From positions 35,030,001-35,094,000 of the forward strand of contig CAIIXF020000001.1 in the NCBI GenBank assembly GCA_903813345.2: DNA of 64,000 nucleotides, in the 5' to 3' direction. Positions 22,977-36,447 of the stretch are shown here, piece by piece; the stretch's first letter is position 1, and the number at the start of each line of letters is the position of its first letter. Under the pieces are notes generated by a model. It was not told the origin of the DNA. It did not search any database and was given only the letters and a program-made list of their open reading frames with translations. The position numbers and the translations under genes were made by a program. The stretch comes from Owenia fusiformis. Its lineage: Eukaryota.

Positions 22977-24434
22977 TTTTATCGCACTTTGAAAAAGTGC
23001 TATATTGTCGTCGTCTTGTGCTGTTGGGCGGGCGTACGGGCGTGCGGGCGGGCGGGACATAAACCAAATCTTGTCATCAAATTTCCAGGATAACTGCTTA
23101 CCTGTTCAACTTGAAATTTTTACAGATGCAAGAGCAGACTAGTACCAAGATCTGATTAGGTTAAGGGCATGCTGGGTAAACTACGTGGTGGCCATTTTGA
23201 ATTTTTCAACAAATCTTGTCATCAAAATTCCAGGAAAACCACTTATCCGTTCAACTTGAAATTTTTACAGATGCAAGAGCAGACTATTGCCAAGATCTGA
23301 TTAGGTTTTAGGTATGCTGGCTGAATTACATGGTGGCCATTTTGAATTTTTCAATTTGGCGGCCATTTTGAATTTTTCAACTTGCTCCAAATTGACCAAA
23401 TTTTTTTTTTAAAAACATCTACAAGTTCTCAAAAGTTCAAATCTGACCTTAGATTTCAGATTTGACCTTTCATTCACCTTCAGTGACCTTGAAAAGGTCA
23501 AAAAATTGATTTTCTAAATTCATATTTTGGATTTAAATTTAGGTCAGCTTAATTACAAAACACCTACTGAGGTCTGAAAAAGTTAAATTTTCAAGGTCGA
23601 AGGTCATTAAACTAGGTCACAAATGATGTTATCCAAGTTTCTCAAAGTTTGAGACTACAAATCAATTCTTGTCATCAAAATTCCAAGAAAACTGCTAACC
23701 TGTTCAACTTGAAATTTTTACACATGCAATAGCAGACTAGTGCCAAGATCTGATTAGGTTTAGGGCATGCTGGGTGAACTACGTGGCGGCCATCTTGAAT
23801 TTTTCAACAAATCTTGTCATCAAAATTCCAGGAAAACCACTTATCCGTTCAACTTGAAATTTTTACAGATGCAAGAGCAGACTATTGCCAAGATCTGATT
23901 AGGTTTTGGGTATGCTGGCTGAATTACATGGTGGCCATTTTGAATTTTTCAATTTGGCGGCCATTTTGAATTTTTCAACTTGCTCCAAATTGACCAACTT
24001 TTTTTTTAAAAAACATCTACAAGTTCTCAGAAGTTCAAATCTGACCTTAGATTTCAGATTTGACCTTTCGTTCACCTTCAGTGACCTTGAAAAGGTCAAA
24101 AAGTTGATTTTCTAAATTTATATTTTGGATTTAAATTTAGGTCAGCTTAATTACAAAACACCTACTGAGGTCTGAAAAAGTGAAATTTTCAAGGTCGAAG
24201 GTCATCAAATTAGGTCACAAACAATGTTATCTAAATTTTCCCAAAGTTCAAGACTACAAATAAATTCTTGTCATCAAAATTGCAGGAAAACCGCTAACCT
24301 TGTCAACTTGAAATGTTTACAGATGCAAGAGCAGACTAGTGCCAAGGTCTGATTAGGTTTTGGCAATGCTGGGTGAATTGCATGGTGGCCAGTTTGCTCT
24401 TCAAAGTGCGATATTTATCACTGTGTGTCTTGTT
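22977..24434 (+). mobile_element. Non-autonomous Helentron (HINE), family B, copy 1
   Basis: T-run + subTIR atcgcactttgaa within palindrome gcactttgaaaaagtgc, (GGGC)n microsatellite, internal ~145-bp and ~598-bp repeats, 3' subTIR ttcaaagtgcgat (24400-24412), then cttgttt. Confidence 0.88.
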
Positions 24435-24749
24435 TCATACAAAGAAGCATCCTAAAAATTCAAAACAATTTAGCTACATCCATGTAATTTCAAATCAAAC
24501 ACCCCATGGTTTATCTGGACCTAGCAGGCGAGTTCTTGGCTGCAAATAATCCAAATGGTCACCTTCAAAATCTAACCAGCATGACTGAATACTAATCAGT
24601 TCTTAAATCTCATGTAAAAGACATCCCTGACAATTTCACACCACCAGCCAAGCTGACAATAATATCACACCTCTAAGGAACTTTAAAAACAGGTCAGCAA
24701 TATACCACTTACAAATATATGCAATTATTACTGTTAAAAATATAGTTAC

Positions 24750-25627
24750 CTGAGTGATTGAACTCTCTGGTGTCATGGTAATGAACAGTTCGCTGTTTTG
24801 GTACTGAGTTTTTAAACGTGACAGAGTGGCCGATTTTGCATGATTGCAACTTAGCTTTTTCATCTTCATTCCAGAGTTTTAGTGTTATGCTGGCGTTGGT
24901 GCTGCTGCTGTCACTTACTTGCGCCTCAAGCAATCTTTTGTCATAGATTTTTTTCTAAATTGAAAATAATCAAATTTAGATTACATTATAAAGTGTCACA
25001 CAAAGCTACAAGCCATCAGTTCTCAAAATAATCAAACAATTCAAAAATGTAAATTTGACTGCCACTTTTCAAAATGGCCATTCAAAAACAATGTCAAGTA
25101 CAGTATACACTATGTATAAGAAATATCACTCCATTACTAGCAAAAAGTATATTTTGTTATACATCAGTATCATCATGACAAGGCATTAACATGAAAAAAT
25201 GTCACCATCTAGTTGCTCAAATCTGAAATCTAAAGTAAGATGTGAACTTCTGAAAACTTGTAGAAGAAAAACTTGGTCAATTTAAAGCAAGTAAAAAAAG
25301 ATCTTTCTGATGTTTTGAACTTCTGACAACTTGTAGATGATTTAGAAAGAAATGGAAGTCAGACTAAACAGTATTTGTTAAGTTATTGGAAGTTGTAAGA
25401 ATTTGTTACAGACGCCAACCGCCGTCATAAAAATGGAGACCATAACAATATGTCATCACTTTTTGGTGGTGACATAATAACATACTTACATCTACTCTCT
25501 CCCCCATCAGGGATACCCTTCTCTTCTACAAAGGAGACCCCCTTATTTCTTCAATCCTTTGAAGCGGAGCATTTTCAAATTCGCTTATCAAACTTTCTTG
25601 GACTTTAAACTCTTATGCATCTTATAT
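24750..25627 (-). pseudogene. Two pseudo-exons (about 25492-25627 and 24750-24955) of an OB-fold-like protein
   Basis: Splice-bounded segments EFKVQESLISEFENAPLQRIEEIRGSPL*KRRVSL|gtaagt and LLEAQVSDSSSTNASITLKLWNED..GHSVTFKN..ITMTPESSITQ|gtaac; D..SI.L.LW is typical of RPA-like OB folds; contains a stop and a frameshift. Confidence 0.45.
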
Positions 25628-26063
25628 CTAAAACACAGGATGAAATTATCATTTAATATATGCAGTGAAACCCGTATATCTGAACACCTGGTTCATCAAA
25701 ACACTTTCCAATCCGAACACTTTTATCCAGTCCCATTTTTTCCTCCCATTAACTCCCATGTTAAAAAAACTTCATATCTGAAAACCTCCTAATTCAAACA
25801 TACCGATTAAATGGGTTTTACTGTACTGTACTCCTTGTATATTGTAACACTATTTACTTTCACAAATTTTGAAAAATCAAAACATAGCAAAATCACTTAC
25901 TTTAAGTTTCACGGATTTCACAACTTAAAAGGAAGAATCAATTTAACTGATTATTGGTATTGGTCCACTGAAGCTTTTTCTAAAAAAATCATTCTTCCAT
26001 TTATTTTTAAAACCAATTGCATGTTGTAGATAAACCTTTCAAAAAGTGATGTAAATGATGTAG

Positions 26064-26941
26064 TTTTTTATCGCACTTTGAAAAAGTGCTATATTGTTGT
26101 CGTCTTGTGCTGTTGGGCGGGCGGGCGGGCGTGCGGTCGTGCGGGCGGGCGTGCGGGCGGGACATAAACCAAATCTTGTCATCAAATTTCCAGGATAACT
26201 GCTTACCTGTTCAACTTGAAATTTTTACAGATGCAAGAGCAGACTAGTACCAAGATCTGATTAGGTTGAGGGCATGCTGGGTAAACTACGTGGCGGCCAT
26301 TTTGAGTTTTTCAACAAATCTTGTCATCAAAATTCCAGGAAAACCACTTATCCGTTCAACTTGAAATTTTTACAGATGCAAGAGCAGACTATTGCCAAGA
26401 TCTGATTAGGTTTTGGGTATGCTGGCTGAATTACATGGTGGCCATTTTGAATTTTTCAATTTGGCGGCCATTTTGAATTTTTCAACTTGCTCCAAATTGA
26501 CCAAATTTTTTTTTTAAAACATCTACAAGTTCTCAGAAGTTCAAATCTGACCTTAGATTTCAGATTTGACCTTTCGTTGACCTTCAGTGACCTTGAAAAG
26601 GTCAAAAATTTGATTTTCTAAATTGATATTTTGGATTTAAATTTAGGTCAGCTTAATTACAAAACACCTACTGAGGTCTGAAAAAGTGAAATTTTCAAGG
26701 TCGAATGTCATCAAATTAGGTCACAAACAATGTTATCTAAATTTTCCCAAAGTTCAAGACTACAAATAAATTCTTGTCATCAAAATTGCAGGAAAACCGC
26801 TTACCTTGTCAACTTGAAATGTTTACAGATGCAAGAGCAGACTAGTGCCAAGGTCTGATTAGGTTTTGGCCATGCTGGGTAAATTGCATGGTGGCCAGTT
26901 TGCTCTTCAAAGTGCGATATTTATCACTGTGTGTCTTGTTT
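26064..26941 (+). mobile_element. Non-autonomous Helentron (HINE), family B, copy 2
   Basis: Near-identical ends and body to 22977-24434 but with only one ~598-bp unit. Confidence 0.88.
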
Positions 26942-27699
26942 GTTCACTTTGTTATCAAGTTTTAGCATTGTGTTTACCCCCTCTCATTAAAAAGTTAACA
27001 GTGGGGCCACATCTGAGAACTTGTAGTTGATTTGAAAATTTTTTTAGTCAATTTTAAGCAAGTTGAAACAAGCCACAGGGTGAACAAAATTGCACCCTTG
27101 AACAGAATACACTTTTCGGGATGGAAAATTCAAAATGGCCACCTTAACATTTACCCTGCCTATAAAAACTAATCAGTTCTAAACTTTCCATAGAAACATC
27201 TCTAAAATTTTAGGATGAATTCATGAAACCTGTTAACAACCCTCAAGAGACGCGTTTTAAGGTATTACTTCCCAGTGTATCAGCTTTTTTTCACAAAAAT
27301 CCTGGTAAAAGATATACTGATGTATTACAAAATATGTGAAAATTGGAAAGATTGACTGTTTAGTTATTTCTAAAAAACGTTTTAATTTAACATTGCTCTC
27401 AATGGGAAATTCTTTTTTATTTTTAAAAAATATCCCACAATTCAGATTTTCCTTAAAATAATTGGGACCATTCTATGTTGATTCGTATGCAATGTAAAAG
27501 TACAACCCCAGCATACAATATCTGCTACTGTTATACACAACACATATCAAATTCTTTTTCACGCTGTATCTGTTATATATTTAATGATCATATACATTGC
27601 AGAAGACTATTGGAAACATTGTCATCTTATTAAATAAGGCTTTACCCCTCCCCCCCTAACGTAATTAATTACATTTTTTGACGTATATTGAGTATAGAT

Positions 27700-28188
27700 A
27701 GAAGTATGGAACATGCATAGAACTTTGAACTGATTGTGACCAGGCCCATAAAGTTGTTTCTTAGGTTTCACAAGTTTCAAATCTTTCAAATCTATGTCAA
27801 ATTCATCATCAATAGATTGCATATTTTCTACAGCTGCAGATGTTGTATGACCAATAAATGTATGCATAACTGATTCACTTGTCATCACTAGTTACACTAT
27901 GAACAGCTTACTTAGTAGATCTTTATATGCTTTCCAAACGTCCGAATTTGGAACACTTTGAACAGTTGGAATCCTTTGCTGTTTGTCCAAAGTAGCAGCT
28001 AAGCGATAACGCTCGAAGCACCTCTTCCATTTAGGCCAATTTTTCGACCTTGTTATATCCGAAAAGTCAAAGCCATCTGGAGGTTGAATTGGGGCAGATA
28101 ATAATGATACAGCTTGAGGTCCTGAAATTGGGCCATTTTGAATTTCAGAATCAAATGTCACTTTCTCTTTCGGAAAATATTCAGACAT
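27700..28188 (-). pseudogene. Collapsed Mag-type Gypsy gag/protease relic
   Basis: IQPPDGFDFS..NWPKWKRCFERYRLAATLDKQ (Mag gag N-terminus) and LVKPKKQLYGPGHNQFKVLCMF (C-terminal protease region). Confidence 0.65.
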
Positions 28189-28190
28189 AA

Positions 28191-28889
28191 AGGAGCACGT
28201 AGGTTATCACAAACAATTTCAGAAGGTTACATCTTGGATTATGACTATTTTCTGACAATGAAGTTTATCTTTTAGATCAATTCATTATCTCAAAGAAAAT
28301 TATATACAGTAATTATAAAGTCAAACAAACTCAGAGATATATAACTAGCAATTAACCCATCAACACACATTTTTTCAAAGATGTTGACCCCATTTTCACC
28401 AAAAATGCAATCATTTTTTACAATGTTTAATGCATTACTATTCTCTATTTTGATGTACATGTATCAAATAGTTCTTGAAAGAAAAACTTGATTGCTTTAA
28501 GATAAGTGTTCCCCATGTTATTTCTCCATTGAAAAATCTCATGCTATCCATTGGTTTCAGTTCATTTTGGTCATCCAAATTCAGTATCTTTAGAGTCCCT
28601 GGAGCAATCAACTTTTCCTTGTCTCAAAGCACATTCTAATTATGCATTCAACAATATAATAAAAGGTTGCATTTTTGGTGAAAATTAGGTCAACATCTTT
28701 GAAAAAGTATGTTGATTGGTCCATTGCCCCTTCAATATCACTTAGGTCTGATTAACTAAATTATCAACATATGTACTTTTCTTGAAGATAATGAATGGAT
28801 CTAAAGATACACCCATGTTCATGATCAGAAATTATTTATAATTCAAGTTAGAATCGTTTGAAGTTGTTTGCGATAACCTACATGCTACT
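28191..28889. mobile_element. Kolobok-like MITE with long imperfect TIRs
   Basis: aggagcacgtaggttatcacaaacaa ... ttgtttgcgataacctacatgctact; arms of about 230 bp, including gatgttgacc/ggtcaacatc and caccaaaaatgcaa/ttgcatttttggtg. Confidence 0.75.
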
Positions 28890-29749
28890 TTCTACCTCTA
28901 AACATATATATCATGTAATATATTTCTAAAGATGTGTACACACATGCAGATTTTAAAGACTGAGGAAGAATGGATAATTAGTATTTCATTTCCACTGAAC
29001 TACACTGTATCAAAAGCTATTCAAAAGCTACCTTAGGTTTACAACACTATTACTTGTTGGGAGCATATAATATGTTATGTCACACCCACTGGTCGTGGCT
29101 TGGGAGCAGAGGTATTTCGCCCCCTCCCTCTACCTCTGCCACTTGATGTGTCTGGACTTATCTGAAACAATACTCTTATTACATATCTCCTGGAGTTTTT
29201 GTGACATTGAAAACATTGAGATTTAAGCTCCTGGACAAGCTTGTGTTGCTTGTTAAGTTGACCTTTGACATCTTTGAGTTGTTTGTTTTGGGAGTCAATC
29301 TGACCTTTAGAAGATTGTTTCAGCTGTTGCATTTCTTTCCTCAGCTCCCCAACTGAGGCTGTCAGTATGCATACTTGTGCAAGGGCCTCTGTGCCGTTGG
29401 TACCCATCAGGTTACTATGGTGTCCCCATGTTCCTTTAAAGTTGACCGCTGCCTATCAGTTCCTCGGCCTAAAATATCTGGTTTCTTACTGTTTAACTGT
29501 CTTACTGTTTGTACCAAGGGTGTTGCGTGGGAAGTGATCGGTAAGGCCCCCAAGGTAACAGTAAATGTCATTACATAGACTCACAGTTCTATTTTTGCCT
29601 ACCCTCCGTTTTACATAAATGTCATCTATCTGGTCCTCCCCTCTGGATCATATTTGTCTTCACATAGGGTGCCCAGATACACTTTTAACAAAAGAAAAAG
29701 ATGGGTTCTTGCTTCATCCAGTGAGATTTCCTCATAATGATGATCATTA

Positions 29750-30397
29750 TTATATTATATGATCAATAATGTCATGTCGTGGTGAACACTCGACGTTTGA
29801 GAGCAGTTGATCCATACGCGGATCCAAGTCCGAGGTTGCCGCCATATTGAAAATGTTCATATTAAGTTTTGGTACTGCTTCTAAAAATTGTACCAGTTGA
29901 AGATACATGAATTCTATTCCTTGTGCTTCTTCACAGAAAAGATGTGGGAACCTTTCTTGCATGAATAGTTGTTAATTCTGTCACTTCAATTCCTGTGTGG
30001 GATGTGTATATCTGCTCTATTTTCTGGCAATATTTTATTGCAACTATGTCCTCAGACACAAGATTGACACATTATGAAAGGGAAAGACTTCAAGGCTTGG
30101 AAGAAATCTAGGAAATATAAATTAGGATATTTGCCATCCAGCTGGGAATATACTAAATTTCTGCTATACTTTAGGACAGAGCGCAAAGAAATCTCCTCAA
30201 ATTCCTTTGAATGATCACATAAGGTTAGAAAACTCTCGTTATCTAAACTTTCAGAGATGAAAATGTTTCCCATCCTTTACTTGGGTAGTTAGTTACAATC
30301 TATTTAAATCACTGGTATGTCTTGCTGACTTTGATCCTCTACTGTCAGATAGTCCAGGACCATGCCGATAATTTCAATGGGTAATTGTTCTAACATG
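29750..30397 (-). pseudogene. F-box (possibly F-box/LRR) pseudogene fragment
   Basis: After acceptor tttcag: MLEQLPIEIIGMVLDYLTVED (F-box consensus L..LP.EI...I..YL...D), followed by frameshifted, LRR-like segments. Confidence 0.55.
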
Positions 30398-30779
30398 CTG
30401 AAACAAACGCATCACCAGTATTTTAATAAGCATTAAAATATCTGAAAATACTGAGTATAATAAAGTTCTATTTGCCACATGGAGAAATTATGGAAATAGG
30501 CAAAACTTGATAAAATAAGCAAGAGAAGAATATTTCAACAACCTTGTTCAGTAAGAAAGATATTTACATATTCACAAACAAGTAGGTCTAAATGTTTTTG
30601 TGAGCTTCTTTAATAGTACTGTATAGGAGACAAATTCATTTCAAAAACTTACTTTTTGCACTTTCAGATCTGCAAATATTGGTTTCCTGCCACATGACCA
30701 AATGTTAAGTTCTGATTGGTCATTGTTTTATTTGAATTTGATTGAATAAAAGTAAGAATCTTTTTATACATAGTTTATT

Positions 30780-32040
30780 GTAAATTTAATGGACTCACAC
30801 CCTGGTATTGTGAAAAACATATTTAGAGCCAAGATGGAAGTTTTTCTTTGATTTCATTGGAAAGAGCATGCCCAAATTAGTCAATATGCAACGTTTCATC
30901 AGTTTTGTCAAAATGTCAGTTGGAACCTTATTATACCAATGGTGCGACATGTGGGTAGGTTGCTTGCACAGTCTCTGTCTCAAAGTCCAAATTATTTTAT
31001 CATCTCCATGAGTACTTTCCCTGTAAGTAATACATTGGCCTAACATAATACTCTGTTTAAATCCTCAGAAAACAGGCAAAATCCAACATGACTGTCTGAA
31101 ATATTTTGCGATACTTTCCATGCTCCTTTCATGTAGTCAGTGATAAAATCTGCTAGTCATTATAACTGGCATCCCTCCAAAATCTACTGGTCATTGAGAG
31201 ATTGAGCTGGTCAATGAAAAAAGCTTGAGACAAAAAATCACTTTTTCTTTATTCCATGATAGTAAAATTCCCTGGGTAAATTTGAACCTGGTCCCAAACA
31301 ATCGAATGCTGGTGGAATGTAGAGACATCCCTGTACTGACTGTACTTATTGTGAAAGACGAGAGAGACTGGGTAGAGTTCCTGGGAAAGGGGGACCCTGA
31401 GTGAACCTTAGAGTGACTTACTTTTTTTAGAAGTTTTGACATGATCTTTGACTCAAATTTAGAACCAGTGTTTGTACTCCCAACATGAGAAGTATTTCTG
31501 TTTCAGGGTGTACTTTGGCACCAGGAATATTCTTCAAAGGGCATGAAGAGGCATTAGGTCAGGACAAGTGTCTTTTAACGGTCAAAAACATATCAGACAA
31601 AACAGCCCTCAGTATAGCCAACAATTTCAATCAAGTGACACAATAATTACGATCAGGTTTGGGCTATGATTTGCTGTAATGACTGACAACCTTTAATTCC
31701 CTATTAACCTCCTATTACAATACAGCACCAACTTAGCATGTAGAAGCGTCAGTGTCCAAGACCAAATGATTAGACTTGTCGGATTAGACCAACTTTGCAG
31801 AACCCAAATAGAGTCTCTTTAATTCTTCAAAGGCAAATTGACAATCCCCCTGTCCAAATTACCATCCATGTTTGGCACCAACACGACAGATGAGGCCCAA
31901 TGACTTTTAGATGGCTTGACTATGTCATGTTCAATTATCTCGTCCAAAGTCTTGTCATTTTCAGTTTGTTTAGACAAAGGTACACGTCTAACAGGTCAGT
32001 CATTCCCTCTATCAATTTTGTGCTTTACAGCTTCTGTCTT
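30780..32040 (-). pseudogene. Highly decayed, internally deleted Gypsy pol relic (RT start, RNase H, integrase start)
   Basis: VKHKID..PVRRVPL..DIVKPSKSHWASSVVLVPK; LDTDAS..VGAVL; NYCVT..LLAI; ETLHID. Confidence 0.65.
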
Positions 32041-34724
32041 GAATGTCACAAAAATAGTTTTACTGTCACTTGACAATTAAAGTACACAATATGAGTTTGC
32101 GAATGACAACAGTAATTAAAGCATACATGCCAGTTTAAACAGATAGTTGTTGATTAACTTCAATGTAGAGGTGTCACTGCAACTTTCTGAAAATTCAGTT
32201 ATCTTCTACACTTGATATTGACATGGTCAACCCTTAAATAACATTGAAAAATAGTTGAAACAAATCAACCCCTTCAAACTCTTCCAAACATCTATAAACA
32301 CAAAATTACATTCACACATTGTGTTTTTTTTATCATATCCTTTATTATTTTATTATTTCTATAAAATTAAATTACTATACAATATATGATGTAAAAACAG
32401 AACTCTAGCAAATTAAAAAACACTTTTAGACTTTGCATTGAATTGGATTATTTTCTGTTATAATATATAATAAATATGAAAAATTATGTTCAACGCTGTA
32501 TATTTTGTGTGTTTCAGACATGTATGAAAACCATGGGAGGAAGGGGGAAGCTGGTCCAACCTAATGCTACTTCAACTTCGTAAGTAATTGTCTTATACAT
32601 TCATTTATACATAATGGCACAGGACAACTTTAAACATTCCCTACATATTGCTCAATATATGTCAGCATCAATTTTTTACCATTTTTGAGATATTTGACGT
32701 CAAAAAACAGTAAAAATAAGTTATTTTTCAACTTGCTGCAATTTGACCAAATCTTTTTTTGAAAATCATCTACAAGTTGCCAGGAGTTCAAATCTGACAT
32801 TAGTTTTAGGATTTGACCTTTACTTGACCTTCATTGACCTTCGAAATGTCAAAAAAGTTGATTTTTCAAATTAATTTTTGAATGTAAATTTTTGTCAGCT
32901 TAATCACAAAAGACCTTACTGAGCTCTGAATAAGTAAAATTTTCAAGGTCAAAGGTCATCAAACTAGGTCACACAACTGTGCTATCTAAGTTTCTCAAAG
33001 CTCGAGACTACAAATCCAAATCAATATTTTTGTTTGAAAGTCAGGATATACATTCCTCTGAAGGTTCCAAACTGTGTGAGCACAGGACCGTGGGTCTGTT
33101 ATTCTCTACATGTATAAAGGGAATAAAATTATGCTGATGTTCAACTTTTAAAAGCCAATTGTTTTTGATTAATCATTTGTATTACATTATTATCTGCTAA
33201 TGTGGTTTTTAGCCTATCATGAAACATAATGTATTCTTTATCCTGTATCCAGAAACTATAAGATTATTCCAGTTTTGTTAAAAACACCCACAGACCCCAT
33301 TTAATGAGCCAATAAGCAACTTTTGAGGTGTTCAATCCCAAATCATCACAAAATTATTTTCATCTGCCACCTTAATATTGATTTTGTCGTGAAAAAATAT
33401 TAACATAGGCTTGTACCTACCAATGTAAACATATCAAGGGTCACCAAAATCGTTGCCTCTTCCTCACATTGCCTCATTTCTCAAAAGTTGATGCCCATTT
33501 ATTAAAATTTTTATTTTTTAGGTTCCATGAAAAAAAATACAGAGTATTCCTGAAGATGCTAAAAGACCAGCTGCAGTACAGGGCAATGATGGAGTGACCA
33601 CTATGGCTCTGGTTAAATCACGCCTAACCATTGACAATGTACAGTGGCAAAATATATGGTTGTACACATTAGTTGTACGTATTTTCAATGTTTTTGGGCA
33701 AAACGAAGACTTTTATTTGAATTTTATAGAATGTCCAATGTATTGATAAGAACCTTATCTTTCATTTGACACCAACAACAGCTCAAACGTACCACATCAA
33801 AGCTTACAATAATTAATCAAAAAATATTTTTGATCTTCAAGCTTTATATATCAAGTTTTATGAATGTCATTGAAAGATGGCGAAGTTGTTTGTATTACAT
33901 GATACATTCATTTTTATAGAAGTGTCGCCATCTTTTAAATCAAAAGTAATTTAAAATATGCACTGTTTAGCATGTGCATGCACTACTAATGATCTCTGAA
34001 GTTCAAATGCTTTTTTCTATGTGAGTTTTTTTTGTTCAATATTAAAGCAAATCAAACTTTGTTTCATATTTGAGCGAGTATTTGTGAGTAACATGTTTCA
34101 ATGACAAGCGTGTATATGAAGGATTTGATATACCCCTAAAAGCCTTGGTCAGGGGATAAGCTGATTAGGTGAATGACATGGTGCTGACATCTGATATTCC
34201 TTTGGAAGATAGTGGAATATAGTGACATATGACCAGTCCACCATAACCAGTCACCCTACCTCTGTCCCTCCAATACATCAATGGTTTTACATTGCAATCT
34301 AAGACAACTGTGATAACCATTTTATATAATTATACAGTAAAAAGTGTTTACAAGGAATGCTCACCAAAACTTAAAGTCATTTATACAACTAAACTACAAT
34401 AGGATTTATAGGGAAACATATTGTTTATATTCCTGGAACAAAGGTATATTATATTAATATGTCCTTGAACACCATTCCTTGTTCCCAGTAGTCAGGTGTT
34501 CCTTACAGAAAGGGTTCATTAACATATAAGTCAGTAAAATGGAAAGATAGTGTTTAAACTGAGAGATAAGATAAGATTTACTGTATTTTGTACAATTATT
34601 TGTACTGTATATAATAAAATTAACATATTGCAGCTGTCAAATGTTTATTGCTTAACTACAGTAGCAGTTGATTTATTATGGACGAATCGTACATCAAGAT
34701 GTATTGTTGTACACATACTTTGTA

Positions 34725-35186
34725 CAAGGTGTTCAAAACAAATTAGTTAGTTAGTTGAAAAACATTATGTCTTCAACACCTGCTCAAAAGACATGGGTAA
34801 TAGAGAAATACTTCAAAGTGCAGTCATTCGCCTGGTTCAGACAGACTTTAGAAGCCATCTTGACCATGACTGTAAAGTCCCTGGAGTGATTTTGATGAAA
34901 CTACAAACTTAAATACAACACCTTGAATGAAGATAATCTGTGCCAAATGGAAGTGCCAAAACACTGTGGTTAGGTATTTATTTGGTTTTATTGCACTTGC
35001 AATTTTTTAATACCTGTTTTGAAGTATTTCTCTATTACGAATGTCTTTTGAGCAGGTGTCCAAGGCATTATGTTTTCCAACCAACTAAATAAAATTTCTT
35101 CTTTCTTTCCTGAAAAAGTGAACACAGTTGATTTAGCCACGATATAGCAATTTCTTTTGGTTACATGTTTTAACAGTAACACCCTG
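34725..35186. mobile_element. Fold-back Tc1/mariner derivative made of two inverted 5' ends
   Basis: + strand MSSTPAQKTWVIEKYFK at about 34767 and - strand MPWTPAQKTFVIEKYFKTG at about 35067; termini ta|caaggtgtt and aacaccctg. Confidence 0.6.
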
Positions 35187-35356
35187 CATTTATTGATCTA
35201 CAAGATTTAACAATTGTAGCAAATAGTCTGTAAATTGATATCTAGTCCTGCAACATTATTGTAGAATTATTATTTTACAGCATGAAAACAGTAACTTCCT
35301 TGTAAGTTTTGTAAAAAAAATAGGAATTGAAAAAGTAACTTGTATTTATATATATA

Positions 35357-36447
35357 CAGGGTGGGCCAAAAAATTTTGCAACTTTTTTAAAAGGCTAAAA
35401 AGGTATCAAAACATAAGGATATTGCCATAAAAAATTATTTACAGAAACTTAAGGATAGGCATATTTTACCAGATAAATGCTAAAGCTAAAGCTGGCTTCA
35501 AATTTTTTTGTCAGATCTTTGAATATCAATGGTCAATTATTCATGTGTCTGAGATTTACCATTTTTCCTAGAAAATGTGACTTTCTATGATTTTATGTGA
35601 TCAACAATAACACATTCATAATGTTCACTAAATCTGCTACAATCTTGGATAACTGTTTAAACAATGTCTACCTCAATGTCTAGTTTATATCAGTATCTAG
35701 TCACTATGGTATTATGTTATATTGTATTTATTAATTATCTATTAAACAAATGTTCTATGCATCCCCTTTCACCTTCCGTATCGTTCCCAGCCATCGGGCA
35801 AAAGTCACTTTGGAATATCTGGAGGAGAATAAGCCTTGATTCATTAGTCCTGATGAATGGCTGCCAAATACCCCAGATGCAAACTCCTGTGACTATCACC
35901 ATTGGGGGCACCTGGAGCAGCTTATTGCAGTTAATGGTAATCCCCCACAAACTATTGTTAAACTAAAAGAAGTTCTGCAGGAGAAGTGGAGAGAACTACC
36001 ACAAGAATCGCTGGATCGCGCCATTCACCAGTTCTGCCCGTGTCTCCTTGTAGAGAAGGTGAAAGGTTGATGCATAAAATTTGTTTAATAAATAATCAAT
36101 AGATACATAATATCATAGTGACTAGATACTGATATAAACTGTACTAGACATAGGTTGAACAGTTATCCAAGATTGTAACAGATTTAGTGAACATAATGAA
36201 TGTGTTATTGTTGATCACATAAATGAAACATTTTCTAGGAAAAACGGTAAATCTCGGACACATGAACAATAGACAATTGATATTCAAAGATCTGATAAAA
36301 AAGATTGAAGTCCAGTTTAGCTTTAGTATTTAAATGGTAATATATGCCTATCCTTAAGTTTCTGTAAATAATTTTTTATGGCAATACCCTTGTTTTGATA
36401 CTTTTCTAGCCTTTTAAAAAAGTTGCAAATTTTTTTGGCCCACCCTG
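35357..36447. mobile_element. Fold-back maT/DD37D-like MITE made of two inverted 3' ends, TA TSD
   Basis: ta|cagggtgggccaaaaaa ... ttttttggcccaccctg|ta; arms of about 400 bp; central remnant PSHRAK..FISPDEWLPNTPDANSCDYHHWGHLE..W.ELPQESLDRAI. Confidence 0.88.
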
